Shown here in pieces: positions 24,321 to 37,511 of a DNA stretch of 64,000 nt. Made by a program: the position numbers and the translations under genes. Source of the stretch: Octopus sinensis (taxonomy: Eukaryota); NCBI RefSeq assembly GCF_006345805.1, contig NC_043012.1:4216001-4280000 (forward strand), given 5' to 3'. The notes beneath the pieces are model-generated. The model was not told the DNA's origin. It was given only the letters and a program-made list of their open reading frames with translations, and searched no databases. The first letter of the stretch is position 1. The number at the start of each line of letters is the position of its first letter.

Positions 24321-24555
24321 CCTATCTATAGAATAAAAAGGAACAAAAGAATGAGGCCTTGATATTAGAGAAATAGAGGATCATTTATAAATGTTGTAAT
24401 TTAGAGCAAACAGTAAAAGGTTGTCCTTAATAACCAACGAGAATGCATCGTAGCTCTTTGCTCTGACATTCAAAACTCTGAGTACTATAATAACAACCTT
24501 TTACTGTTTGTCCTAAATTATAACACACACACACACTTATATATAAATATAAGTA

Positions 24556-24853
24556 GCACTTCATCGGTTACGATAGCGAGTGTTCCTGTTGATCTTGGTC
24601 AACGGAACAGCCTGCTCGTGAAATTAACGTGCAAATGGCTGAGCACTACACAGACACACAAACACTTAATGTAGTTCTCAGGGAGATTCAGCATGACACA
24701 AAATGTGACATGGCTGGCCCTTTTAATTACAGGTACAACTGAGTGGACTGCAGCAACGTGAAATAAAGTGTCTTGCTCAAGGAGACACTGTGTCGAACTC
24801 ATGATCTTATGATCATGAGACGAATAGCTTACCCAGTAAGCCACATGCCTTCA
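24556..24853 (-). mobile_element. SINE family B3 (tRNA head, CORE-like centre, long tail)
   Basis: TTGAGCAAGACACTTTATTTCAC core; tail shared with family B2. Confidence 0.75.
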
Positions 24854-25369
24854 CTATATATATACATTTATTTTTATTTGTTTCAGTCATTTTGACTGCG
24901 GCCATGCTGGAGCACCGCCTTTAATCGAGCAACTCGACCCTGGGACTTATTTCTCTCTAAATCAGAAGTGAGTGACACTGCTTATGTGACAGTGACAGTC
25001 ATTTTATAGCTATCACATGATATCAAGACAAAGACAGACACACACACACACACACATCTACTATTAAATCCACTTTTGTTGGTTTGGGTTGACAGTAGAA
25101 GAGGCTTGTCGCAGGTGCCACACAGTAGGACTGATCCCAGAACCATGTGGCTGGGAAGCAATCTCCTTACCTATCTACATTTATAGTCACACCTGTGCCT
25201 ACATAAAATGGTAAATACTTGAAACTAGGTGAAAGTTGTTATGCTAATAATAGTAACAATGAACTTATTGTATAGAGTGCTCAGGTGCACTACAACAAAT
25301 CAGAAAAAAATAACTAAAAACAGTGCAAAGAATAATGCACAGGAAGTGAACAGTGAATGATTCATTTAA

Positions 25370-25660
25370 AAAGAAACAAAAACAAAAAATGTGGTGGAGG
25401 ACATCAGGTGCACTGTTGGTGAATTTCTGGAAGTATAGAAGTTTTAAAAGATAGTGTCCTGACAGCTAACAACTGAGGCGGATAGTTTATTCCATGCTTC
25501 AGCAATTCTGAGCCTGAAATAATTTTTTTCCAAAATTCGTGGGTGCTGTGTCGTTTTTCCTGATTTTGTAAGCATGTGTATGAGTGTTAGACATATGGAA
25601 TTCAAGAAGGTCCCCAAAGGTTGTTGTTAGCTGGTGGAGGAGGTGGGGATTAATCAGTAA
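25370..25660 (-). mobile_element. CR1-clade LINE 3' end (second family)
   Basis: Minus frames give HAYKIRK and, across frameshifts, ...EAWNKLSA, the CR1 C-terminal pattern. Confidence 0.6.
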
Positions 25661-25734
25661 TTTGTGTTTTGATTCAACATTGATGCTGTTTCAATCCATT
25701 GATGTTCAGATATCAAACCTCATATTTTTTTCAG

Positions 25735-25955
25735 ATCGTGGCCGTTTGCCAGCTCCGTCTGGCACCTGTGCCAGTGGCACGTAAAAAGCACCCACTACAC
25801 TCATGGAGTGGTTGGCGTTAGGAAGGGCATCCAGCCGTAGAAACACTGCCAGATCAGACTGGGCCTGGTGCAGCCTCCTGGCTTCCCAGACCCCAGTTGA
25901 ACCGTCCAACCCATGTCAGCATGGAAAGCGGACGCTAAACGATGATGATAATGAT
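25735..25955 (+). mobile_element. RTE 3' tail
   Basis: Subrepeat, hairpin and (GAT)n. Confidence 0.88.
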
Positions 25956-26484
25956 GTTATCTTGGGATCACCTGAAGACCTTTCTTTACTTGGCTCACCT
26001 TACAGTTCCTGCCTCTATATATATATGATGACCCTCCCTACTTTCTGACCCCTGTCTGAGCTGGATTTAAGCAAGACAACAACAGTATCAACAGCAGCAG
26101 CTACTCTAGCTTCATTCTAAAAACAATATAACTCCTACCTACTTAAGATAACTATAAAAACATTCATAGTGTCTCACACTAAAATGACAAAAGTAACAAG
26201 AAACCGATTAGTCGCAAATGTTGTGTGTGGGGCTGCCTTTGATAAAAAGTAGTAAATACAGAAGACCAGCAACTGCCACGCTCCAATTAAAACTAATTTA
26301 TCTCTAAGGTAATTTGATAATAACAACTAAGGGTAGCTACAACAGGAATCTCAATGTGGTCATTCAATTTGCTGAACAGTGCAGTCAAATCTCTTTTAAA
26401 TCACATATATAAAAGTGTTAAAAAGGAGAAGTAGTCGTACATAGTTTAGAAATAAAGGTTAACATATGTAATATCATCATCATC

Positions 26485-26550
<66 letters not shown>

Positions 26551-26554
<4 letters not shown>

Positions 26555-26860
26555 GTTTTTGGATTTGGTCTGCAAGATTCTTTATGTGAGTTCTAGTGTT
26601 GAAGCATATTCTGTTATGTTTGGGGAGAGTCATTTTCTTTTTGTACCTTATATTTTAACACACTCACCGGTAAAATTTCCACTTCTTGCTTTATAATCAA
26701 AAAAAAAATTTTTGTTGCGTCTTGCAACCTTTTCAATAGCTTTGAAAAGATGCAACGAAAATTTTTGAAAAATAAAGAAGGAAATGAGTGGAAATTTTAC
26801 CAGTCAGTGTGTTAAATTATAAGGCACCAAAAGGGAATGTCTCTTCCCAGACACAACAGC
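26551..26860. mobile_element. Family M foldback (palindromic) element in (TA)n
   Basis: Arms at ~26610-26735 and ~26741-26860 are reverse complements with moderate divergence. Confidence 0.8.
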
Positions 26861-26868
26861 ATATATAT

Positions 26869-26920
<52 letters not shown>

Positions 26921-27669
26921 ATTATATTGAAGATGCGGTACTCTCTCCCTTTGCTTTAACCTCTTCAATCTTTCTCCCTCCCCTCCTCCTCTCTCTTCGC
27001 CGCGGTCCCCCTCCTCCTTCCTCTTCTTCCTTGCCTATAAAACAAAATTCCTTTACACGTGGTTACCACTATTGAAAAGACTGCCTCCACGCGCTGCTAC
27101 TACACTTTCGTCCTTGCCAGCAAAAAGGCTTCTTCGTTCGTCCCCTTGTGTGGTTAATTTCCTGTATAGTATTCTTGTTATTTTCTCGTTTTGTAACTAA
27201 TTGTACTTTTTGTACATGTATTTTTATTTTTGCAGTTTTATTGTTTGTCTATGCCAGAAAAAGGCTTTTTCGTTCGTCCTCTGTGTTTGTTTTTGTACAT
27301 GTATTTTAATTTTGCAGTCTTATTGTTACGTCTTGTTTGTGTTCGTACTCATTGTGCCCCGCTGCTTGAAATTTTATTTTAATTCTCTCGCAGGAAGGCC
27401 TATTGGATTAGTGTTCTGTTATGCCTTCGAAACATGCCTGACTCCTCTAGCGACAGCTGATGACGGGGGTTTTGTCCTTGTGTAACCTGTCCTGTATTTG
27501 GTTTTCGTTTTCCGTTTTCTTGTTTTTTGTTTTTTGGCTTTTTCTGTTTCTACGTCTTATTGTGATGTCCTGTACTTCCGTATAATTATTTATATATGCA
27601 TGTATATATACATGTAGATGTAGGTACGTACATATATGTTTGTATGTATGCATATATTTTTATTTATCT

Positions 27670-27708
<39 letters not shown>

Positions 27709-27709
<1 letters not shown>

Positions 27710-28090
27710 TAGACGTAGGAGTAGCTGTGTGGTAAGTAGCTTGCTTACGAATCACATGGTTCCAGGTTCAGACCCACTGCATGGCACCTTGGGCAAGTGT
27801 CTTCTTCTATAGCCCCGGGCTGACCTGGATTTGGTAGACGGAAACTGAAAAAAGGTCCGTCGTATATATGTATATATATATATGTGTGTGTGTGTGTATA
27901 TGTTTGCGTGTCTGTGTTTGTCCCCTCAACATTACTTGACAACCGATGCTGGTGTGTTTATGTCCCCATAACTTAGTGGTTCAGCAAAAGAGACCGATAG
28001 AATTAGTACTAGTCGATTTGCTCAACTAAAAGTAGTACTCCAGCATGGCCACAGTCAAATGACTGAAACAAGTGAAAGAGTTAAAAAAAG
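27709..28090 (+). mobile_element. SINE family A with small deletions
   Basis: Head, core and tail. Confidence 0.85.
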
Positions 28091-29106
28091 AATATGATAA
28101 TGATGATGATGGTGGTGATGACGATGATGATGATGACCATGTTGATGATGACGACGATGATAACAGTAATGATGATGATGATGATGATGACAAAGACAAT
28201 GATGATGATGATAATATAATAAGAATCTAGCTACGTGCATGGCATCTCGGTACCTTATTCTCTTAATTATGTTAGCTTTTTCATGCCCATAATGGTATGA
28301 TTTTGTACAGTTACTTAAGGATTGCCATCACTAACTCAGCAAATACAGTTATGTCTCTGCCATGCTAAGCTTTAACTAGACCAAAACATGTCCAGAGTTG
28401 TCTCCCTTATTTTCATTTTTTACTAAAGCAATTACAAAAAATTAGAATAGTATTAATTATTGAACACATGTTGTTTTTTCCTCATTGCATAAATATATCT
28501 AATTAGATTTTTAATGCTCGTACCTAATTAGATGTTTTTAATACCCACTCATTAAATATGTTCATTTTTAATTAATTAATCATAGATAAACAAATTTAGA
28601 CAATCAGCTTGCTGGATTCATTTAGGCAGTTAATGATCGCTGATGTAAGCAGTTGTGGCTGTGTGGTTAAGAAGCTTGATTTGTTACCACTTGGTTTTGG
28701 GATCAATCCCAGTGCCATGTGGAAACTGCATACAAGCCTGTCTTGGCTGTATGGTAAGAAGTTTGCTTCTCAAACACATGGCTCCAGGTTCAATCCCATT
28801 GTGGCACCTTGGGCAAGTGTCTTAGAATAGGGCTCCGGGCTAAGCAAAGCCCTGTGACTGGATTTGGTTTACAGGAACTGAATAGAGTTTGTATATGTAT
28901 GCATACATATACATACATACAACATACATATATGTATACACACACACACAAACACACACATACATACATACATACATACATACATACATACATACATACA
29001 TACATACACACATACACACATACACACACATGCACACACACATACACACACACATGCACACACACATACACACACACACACATACACACATACATACATA
29101 CATACA

Positions 29107-29138
<32 letters not shown>

Positions 29139-29254
29139 GGGTATGAGAGATAATGGTGTCAAGAAGACCCAAAGGTATCATAGGACTGACTATAGTTAAG
29201 CTCCAGGTTCGATAATGATATGAATGCGGAGTCCAACGTAGGTCGTTTATTAGC

Positions 29255-29640
29255 ATGTATATATATATATTAAAATTAACAGAATGAGATAAAAAATCCA
29301 AGGCTGTGAATAGTTTTCAGAGCATTTATAAAGAGAAGGCCTTACAGCTGTTTCTGGGATATTTTATATATCCTTTCATCAGAGACGGTGCGAAAAAATG
29401 TTTAAGCAATTGTTATTAAAGAGAAGATATGAGATACAGAGTGAAGTGGAGGAATGAAAACAGACGTGAGATATGTAAGAATATTTTATCTGCAGTTCCA
29501 TTATTTAAGCAGAATGGTGTATATATATAAGTCTCCTGTACCTTGTGATCGATGTCACATCCCAAAAGACCAACAACTAGATAACATTGACAAATGTATT
29601 AATTTGATTTACCATCCATATTTATAGATAAAATACTACA
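29255..29640 (-). mobile_element. Probable Penelope-like element 3' fragment
   Basis: Contains a hammerhead core; weak C-terminal CRHR-like remnant near 29550 across a frameshift. Confidence 0.4.
29339..29386 (-). ncRNA. Candidate minimal type I hammerhead ribozyme
   Basis: Minus strand: GTCT CTGATGA AA GGATA-TATAAAA-TATCC CA GAAAC AGCT GTA|AGGC. Palindromic stem III ACAGCTGT and a GUA triplet. Confidence 0.65.
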
Positions 29641-29703
29641 ATTAGCCATCATTTTTGACAGCACAGGGTCATCTAGTCTAAATTAAACATTTCTTCTTTC
29701 TTA

Positions 29704-30082
29704 GCACTCCGTCAGTTACGACAATGAGGGTTCCGGTTGATCCGAATCAACAGAACAGCCTGCTCGTGAAATTAACGTGTAAGTGGCTGAGCACTCCACA
29801 GACACGTGCGCCCTTAACGTAGTTCTCGGGGATATTCAGCGTGACACAGAGAGTGACAAGGCCGGTCCTTTGAAATACAGGTACAACAGAAACAGGAAGT
29901 AAGAGTGAGAGAAAGTTGTGGTGAAAGAGTACAGCAGGGATCACCACCATCCCCTGCCGGAGCCTCGTGGAGCTTTTAGGTGTTTTCGCTCAATAAACAC
30001 TCACAACACCCGGTCTGGGAATCGAAACCACGATCCTATGACCGCGAGTCCACTGCCCTAACCACTGGGCCATTGCGCCTCC
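29704..30082 (-). mobile_element. SINE family B2, full length with TSD
   Basis: Head GGAGGCGCAATGGCCCAGTGG...GTTTCGATTCCC; TSD AAATTAAACATT at 29680-29691 and 30085-30096. Confidence 0.92.
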
Positions 30083-30916
30083 ACAAATTAAACATTATGA
30101 CAGTGGTTAAATGAGACAATGAGAGAAAGTATTTGGCTTCTTTTTCCATTTGGATAAGTGACTGCTTCGACCAGTTGTTCTGAACCATTTTTTATCTATT
30201 TACTCCATTGATCCCAATTCCATTCTGGTGGATCCCCCATAACCATTCAATGTTTAAAAACTAGTTTTATAGATACTTCTTTCAAAATTCCTATTTTGTT
30301 TAACACACATTCCCTTGTGGAGGCTGAACTATGTAAAACATCAGAGAAAGAAATCTCACTGCTTCTTGCAATAAATAGATCTCAAGCAAAATTTTTTCCT
30401 GGGCCTCCCATGCCATACCCTACAGTGCCATTCTAACATTAAATAATCACATTATTGAAAGCATGTAGCTGTGAGGTATTGCATGATTAATGCAAAACAA
30501 CAATGTGAGCAAATAAGCATTTCATTTGACAGAACAAACAGAATGCTAAAGGGTTAAATCATAACTTACTGTCTTGAAATTAAAAAGGAAAAACCCATAT
30601 TAACCAGTGTGGTCCTACACACACACACACCAAGCATGCACACACACGTACAAACATGCACACAAGCATACACACACATACACACAAACATGCATGCACA
30701 CACACACACACACACACACAAGCATGCACACAGACACACGTATATACATATATACATATAACTTACTTTACAGTCTCAAATAAATTCCCCAACGTTTCAT
30801 TCATTTTCATTTGTGTGCTTCAACGTGGGCAATAATAACCAACAGAATTTAGCACAGTTTATGACATGACTTATTGGTTAGGGCTTTGAGCTAGGGCTGG
30901 GGTTTGGGTTTGCAGT

Positions 30917-31145
30917 TTAGCCCTTGAGCATTCAGATTATTCTGTTAACTGTAATGCGTATTTATTCCTATTGTTTTGAATTAATCATGACTTATCTTGA
31001 TTTATCAAGATTTTGATGATTGATTGTTTAACTTTAGAATGACATTGTAGGGCAGGTGTGAATGGCCATTTCTGACCACTTTGAAAATAAAGCAGGTAAA
31101 ATATTTTAGCCAGATGTGGTCAGTTTAAGTGCTAAATGCTTAAGG
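30917..31145 (-). mobile_element. Family K MITE
   Basis: Degenerate CCCTTTAGCATT-type ends. Confidence 0.6.
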
Positions 31146-31171
31146 ATAAGGTTATAGTTTAGGGTTAAGAG

Positions 31172-31571
31172 CAGGGCTGGATTTATGTATGGTTCAATAT
31201 GGGTTGTGTCTCAGAGCCCCACCAATCTTGTTGGGGTTGAGGGTCACCTTCAACACAGAGAAGCCTAAAGCTTGGAGTTGTTATATATTTACAGCAATAA
31301 AATAAATAATTTGTAACACTTTTTTAACTTGTTTAAATTTTTAAAATCCAACAAAGTTCTTTAAGATTATTGAACCCTTTTCTGATTTATTGGGCCCTTA
31401 TAGACTTAAAAAGCAGTTACATTTAACTGAGAGTCCCTTTGAATCTACTGAAATTTGGGGTCACTTCAAACTGTTTGAGGCCTTTTTATTATCTTATGTT
31501 TCAAATTAACAAAATAGGGGTGCTGAAAACCTATTGGCCAAAGGGCTCCACTAGATCTAAATCTGGCCCTA
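31172..31571. mobile_element. hAT-like MITE
   Basis: Imperfect 14-bp TIR (CAGGGCTGGATTTA / TAAATCTGGCCCTA); exact 8-bp TSD GTTAAGAG at 31164-31171 and 31572-31579. Confidence 0.8.
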
Positions 31572-33019
31572 GTTAAGAGTTAAGGTACAAGATGGTCACT
31601 TGAATTTCAAAGTAGTGTTGAAATTCCTTTGCACATACATGAGGGTCATTTTTAAGGGCAAGTTCAAAACTCAATTTGAATTGGACTGTTTACGTTTTGT
31701 TTTGGAAATAAATAAATAAATAAATAAAAGCAATGGTCATCGTCTGAATATCTCAACTCGATTTAGAACTGACATGAAACTAAACGGTTGCAAATTAGTG
31801 CTGTCCAAATTCCAGATCTTGCGTCTATGACTAAAACGATTATTTGGGCGGAAGTAAAAAAATAGTTTTTTGTTTTTTAAATCTTAAGTGGAAACAACAT
31901 TATTAGAAAACAACAGTTGTTTTTCTGTAGAAGTCACAAGGATGGAGAATGAGTAAAATAATCCATGTGCCAATGACATTAGAAGCATGTGACAAAGACG
32001 AAAGGATTGGTTTTATCAGGGGAAGTAATAAGTACAGTGTAAGGTCAATAGTGGTGACTTCCCTTTGTAAGGAAAAACCAATGTGTTAAGAACTCTCTTA
32101 GTCGTTACCAATGTTGTTCCTGATTTATGTATTTCTTCGTTGTTTGTTGAATTTAATTATAAGATAAGAGTAAAGAGGATTGATGTATAAGAAGTGATAA
32201 AACTAGAGTTTGAGGGAAGTAATGTTGGTAGGTACACGACGCCATTCACTCACACGACCTTCCCTCATGACATATAAAGAGGCTTGGCTGAAAAAGTGGG
32301 TGAATGACGTCGTCTACTCACACCGACGTTCTGTAGACCAATGCTGAAGGAACGCCAACAAACAAAAAAGAAAAAAAAATCATTAAAACAGCCTCTATGT
32401 GGATCTTTGAGCTGCTAGAAGTAGCAGCCAAATCGTCTTCAAAGTAAACGTTCTGGAAAAAGAGGGATTCATTAGATAATGTAAATTTAAATAAGTAATG
32501 TCAGAAAGAAGAACCCATAGCGAGAATACTTTGACCATACGTATACACTCTCAGTGCTGACCGCAGATCCAACAACAACAATTAAAACATTTTCTTCCTT
32601 CCACCGGAATTTCAACTTTGATCATCCCATAATTTTTTGCAACATAATATATCCAAGTCTAGGTTATTCAACACAGCCATATCTTTTTAAACTAAAGGGG
32701 TAAAAAAAAAACAACACACACACAAAAGAAAAAAAATGATTTGAGTGCTATTTTTAGCTGACCGGATGACCTTATAGAAAAACCACCTGGACCTGCAAGA
32801 GACAGGTTATGTGGCAGGCAGCAGAACTGAACCCTCTCTAAAAAATTACTATTTTTAAATCTCACAACGAGAGATATTCAGCACCAGTACTTTGGAGTAA
32901 AGACTTTAGCCAACATAACATGGCAGTCCTGGTTTAGGACGAATGTTGCTGTAATTCAGCAAAAATCTTGGTTCTTCTCACTACATGTACAACTCATACT
33001 CCTCCAAAAACACTCAGGC

Positions 33020-33292
33020 ACCACCACTACCACCACCACCGCTGCCGCCTCCACCACCACCACTACCACTACCACCACCACCACCACCACTACCACCACC
33101 ACCACCACTACCACCACCACTACCACCACCACCACTACTACCACCACCACTACCACCACTACCACCACCACTACCACCACCACCACCACTACCACCACCA
33201 CTACCACCACCACCACTACTACCACCACCACTACCACCACCACCACCACTACCACCACCACTACCACCACCACCACTACTACTACTATCACC

Positions 33293-33345
<53 letters not shown>
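33020..33345. repeat. (ACC/ACT)n trinucleotide array
   Basis: Direct reading. Confidence 0.97.
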
Positions 33346-33707
33346 AGAACAGAACATGCTACAGCAACAGTGTTCTAAAGTAGCTTTCTCTCCAACTCAG
33401 TCAAGGCAAATACTTGCTCCCCACCCACAAAACCTTTACTCAAAAATAGCAGCAGTAGCGTTATTAACCTCATTAGCATCATTAAACCCACTAAATATTA
33501 TGCTGGGGTACATACCATCTATAATAAGAGTAGCACAACAGCTACTGTAATACTCCAAACATGTTCCCCTTGTCTACCTCTGCTATGGACATCACCAACC
33601 AGAAAGAATAGGCTCTCTATCCAGTTGCTCAAACTGCAAGAAATAGCAGCCAATTTCTTTAAACTCTGCTGCTTTCACCCTTTAGTATTCAGATTATTGT
33701 CAAATGT

Positions 33708-33869
33708 AGGCGCAGGAGTGGCTGTGTGGTAAATAACGTGCTTACCAACTGCATGGTTCCGGGTTCAGTCCCGCTGCGTGGCACCTTGGGCAAGTGTATT
33801 TTACTATAGCTTCAGGACCGACCAAAGCCTTGTGAGTGGATTTGGTAGAAGGAAACTGAAAGAAGCCTG

Positions 33870-33940
<71 letters not shown>

Positions 33941-34095
33941 TATATATGTATGTGTGTGTATGTCTGTATTTGTCCCCACAACATCGCTCACAACTGATGC
34001 TGGTGTGTTTACATCCCCATAACTTTGTGTTCAGCAAAATAGACTGATAGAATAAGTATTAGGCTTACAAAGAATAAGTCCTGAGGTCAATTTGA
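33708..34095 (+). mobile_element. SINE family A, 3'-truncated
   Basis: Head, core and partial tail. Confidence 0.88.
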
Positions 34096-34113
34096 AGCAG
34101 TAAAAGTGTCGTG

Positions 34114-34488
34114 GCACCTGTTGGTTATGACGACAAGGGTTCCAGTTGATCTGATCAATGGAACGGCCTGCTTGTGAAATTAATGTACGTGTGGTTGAGC
34201 ACTCCTCAGACACGTGTTCCCTTTACATAGTTCTTAAGGAGATTCAGCGCGACACAGTGTGTGACAAGGCTGGCCCTTTGAAATACAGGTACAACAGAAA
34301 CAGGAATAAATAGAGAGAGAAAGTTGTGGTGAAAGAGTACAGCAGGGTTCGCCACCACTCCCTGCTGGAGCCTCATGAAGCTTTAGGTGTTTCACTCAAT
34401 AAACACTCACAATGCTCGGTCTGGGAAATGAAACCACGATCCTACGATTGCGAGTCCGCTGCCCTAACCACTGGGCTATTGTGCCTCC
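34114..34488 (-). mobile_element. SINE family B2
   Basis: Homologous to 29704-30082. Confidence 0.88.
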
Positions 34489-34504
34489 ATGAAAGAGAGT
34501 TGTA

Positions 34505-34697
34505 CTTATTTATTCACAGTGTCTTAAATTAATCATGCATTCTCTTGTAATTTCAAGACTTATATGATGTAATTGTATATTTTTTGAATGATGTTGTAAG
34601 GAAGATGTAAAATGTCAGATATCTGGCCAGTTTGAATGTGAAGCAGGTAGATCAATATTTAGGCTGGATATGGCCAGTTTAATACCAAAGGATTAAA
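34505..34697 (-). mobile_element. Family K MITE (partial)
   Basis: Reverse-complement homology to family K. Confidence 0.55.
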
Positions 34698-35051
34698 CCT
34701 TTTACTTCAGAAAATAGATATATTCACCCCTAATTTCATTATCCTCAACTACAAAAGGCAGTTTTTACATATCAATCTATCTTTTGTTTTGGAATGTCAT
34801 GTTTGAAATAATTCTCTGGTTGAGATACCATTTATCTTTTCTTTTATCTGGGGCACTGTGGCCTAGCTGGGGCACCACATTAAAGAACTGTTTTAGTTGA
34901 AATGAATCGACCCCAGGACTTATTTTTTATAAAGCCTGGTACTTATTCAATCAGTCACTTTTTGCTGAACTGTTAAGTTATGGGGACATAAGCAAAACAA
35001 TACAGGCTGTGAAGAAGTGGTGGGGAACAAACACTGGGCTCTCTAGCATTT

Positions 35052-35495
35052 CATTTTACTTGTTTCAGTCATTGGATTGTGGCCATGCTTGAAGGCTTTA
35101 GTTGGCCGAATTGACCTCAGTGTTTATTTTTTAAAAATCTGGTACTTATTCTATCATTTTGCTTTGCCAGACTGCTAAGTTACATGGAAATAAGCAAACC
35201 AGTACTGGTCATCAAGTTGGTGATGGAAGACAAACACAAACACAAAGATACATATAGATACATACAGCCATCCGTCCACCCATCCACCCAACCATCCACC
35301 CATCCATTCATCCATCCATCTATCTATCCATCCTCCCCCACCACACACAACAGGTTTCTTCAGTTTCTGTCAACCAGATTCACTCACAAGGCTTTGCTCA
35401 ACTGAGAGCAACAGCAGAAAACACTTACCCAAGATACATCACAGTGGGACTGAACCCAGAACCGTGTGTTTGGGAAGCATACTTCTTATCACACC
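35052..35495 (-). mobile_element. SINE family A, diverged, with (CATC)n linker
   Basis: Tail, core and head recognisable. Confidence 0.7.
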
Positions 35496-35739
35496 AAAGC
35501 GTAGATTAGTTGCTAACCTTCCTTACACTTTGGTACAATTTGGGATATCATTGATTCCAGGCTGAATATTATTCCATTTTCCATGTTTGCAATGCAATAA
35601 AGTATTAAATCTCAATTCCTCTGGTGTTTCCCAAAGTAAATTTATAAGCTTTAAGTTGGGAAAATTCCACATTGGGACTGGCTCTTTTTTTTCTTTCTTA
35701 AGTAATGTAATTGAAGTACCATTATCATAACTTACTGAT

Positions 35740-36107
35740 AACAAGAGCACTCAGAGAGTGCAAACCTCTGCCAAGGCAACACCAACGTTCCCTCAAAGAT
35801 TATCCTGAGATGAGTTTATAAAATGAGAATATCTAAAAATAACTCAACTGCTCTCAAAACAAGAATACTAAAAATGAACACAGCTTCTCTCGAAAATTAA
35901 GAAAAAAAAAATAGGAAAAATAATGCAGAGTCTTTGTCTGGTACCAGATTGATCCTGAAATCTAATCAGCTTTGCCAGTCACAAGACCAAACATCCCTGA
36001 AAGTTTCATCTGCATCTATCCAGTGGTTCTTGAGATATCTTGTTCATCGACAAACAAACAAATGTGACTGAAAACAATAATTCTGCCTTCGCTAAGGCGG
36101 AGGTAAC
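35740..36107 (-). mobile_element. Helentron-associated (HINE/DINE-1-like) non-autonomous element
   Basis: Terminal hairpin CCTCCGCCTT-AGCG-AAGGCAGA, subterminal inverted CCTC(T/C)GCC, (GTTT)n, short stem-loop near the other end, TT flanks. Confidence 0.6.
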
Positions 36108-36264
36108 AAAGACTTCTATGTCTGAGTAACTGAGAATTTCACTTCACAATCCCACAGTTGTAGGTTTCAGCTCATTGCATGGTCATGTTGGGACAGTCAC
36201 CAGCCTTACCTTGAGCTGACCACAGGTTGACAGAAACTACAAGGAAGTATTCATACTGCTGCTT

Positions 36265-36331
<67 letters not shown>

Positions 36332-36821
36332 CACCACCACCACCACCACTGCTGCTGCTGCCTTCACGAACACCTTATCTTGCACAGATTATAGTATAAT
36401 TACGAATATATTATTCAATATGTTCTTCATTTTCTTTTTTTTTTTATATGCAGGGTGGGATTTGAAAGTGATATGGCTACTATTTCTAGCAGATCAAGCA
36501 ACCATGATGAGGCATTCCTTAAAAAAAACATGTAATTATGTGTAGAGGAAGAAAGATGGAAATATAAATACAGAGTGGTTTAGTCTTTATAAATGGAGGC
36601 TGTTCCAGTAATTATGAACTACTAATTACAAATAGCTAATTAATTGGGTTGCCCATGTTGTTTATTGGAAGAATAATGTGTCGACATTAGACTCTCGTGC
36701 ATTTTATATCGTGTTTTTAATTCACAGGGATTCATGGGGCAGGTGCTTGCTGATTTCTGATTCCCTAAGTATTAAATAGACATGACTGTGTGGTGGTGTG
36801 CATGCATACACACACACACAT

Positions 36822-36965
36822 GAGTGGGTGCTGAAGAGCTCCTGGCTTTGGGTAAAAGAAAATACAGGGTGATAAGTTAATTATGATTTTATTCAACATA
36901 CTCTCCTCTCAGATTCCCACTTACTGCAGTGGTCCTTCAGTTTTTCTAAGCTCTGTAAAAGAACT
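36822..36965 (+). mobile_element. Mariner-like MITE (partial)
   Basis: GGGTGCTGAAGAGCTCCTGGCTTT end; homologous to 45151. Confidence 0.7.
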
Positions 36966-37424
36966 TATTATTTTAATTTTAAATTTAAATAACTATGTTT
37001 TCTAACTGGTAAAATTTTAATGCCAAGAATTATTTTCTGCAGAATCATTTCTGGTATTTTAGTGTGCCAAAACAAGGGCTTTTGAAAGATAACCCCAAGT
37101 GTAATTTGTAGAACTGTATGCATGTTCGATCTCATGTGGATGTCTTGTGTATAGTTCTGCAAATTATATTTGCAATGACGATCATACTGAAGAGCTATGG
37201 ACAATTGCGTAACTGTTGATAGTGAAACATGTCTATGATTAATCTATATTTTTGTTTCTTTTCATTTGTCTTGGTCGCTTACGTTCTGGTGTTTGCTGAA
37301 TTCTCTTGAGAACATTCCTTTCTTAGTGGTAAGACCATAGCGGATCTACTTCTAGCATAAGGGTTGTCCACGTAGTGGTCATCCTTCTTATATGCATGTT
37401 ATATATATATATATATATGTATGG

Positions 37425-37511
<87 letters not shown>

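Noticed and set aside
27370-27470. GAAGGC/GCCTTC stem followed by GAAAC, with CTGATGA downstream
   Set aside because: The CUGANGA upstream of the stem is not intact and the downstream copy has no partner; at most a relic.
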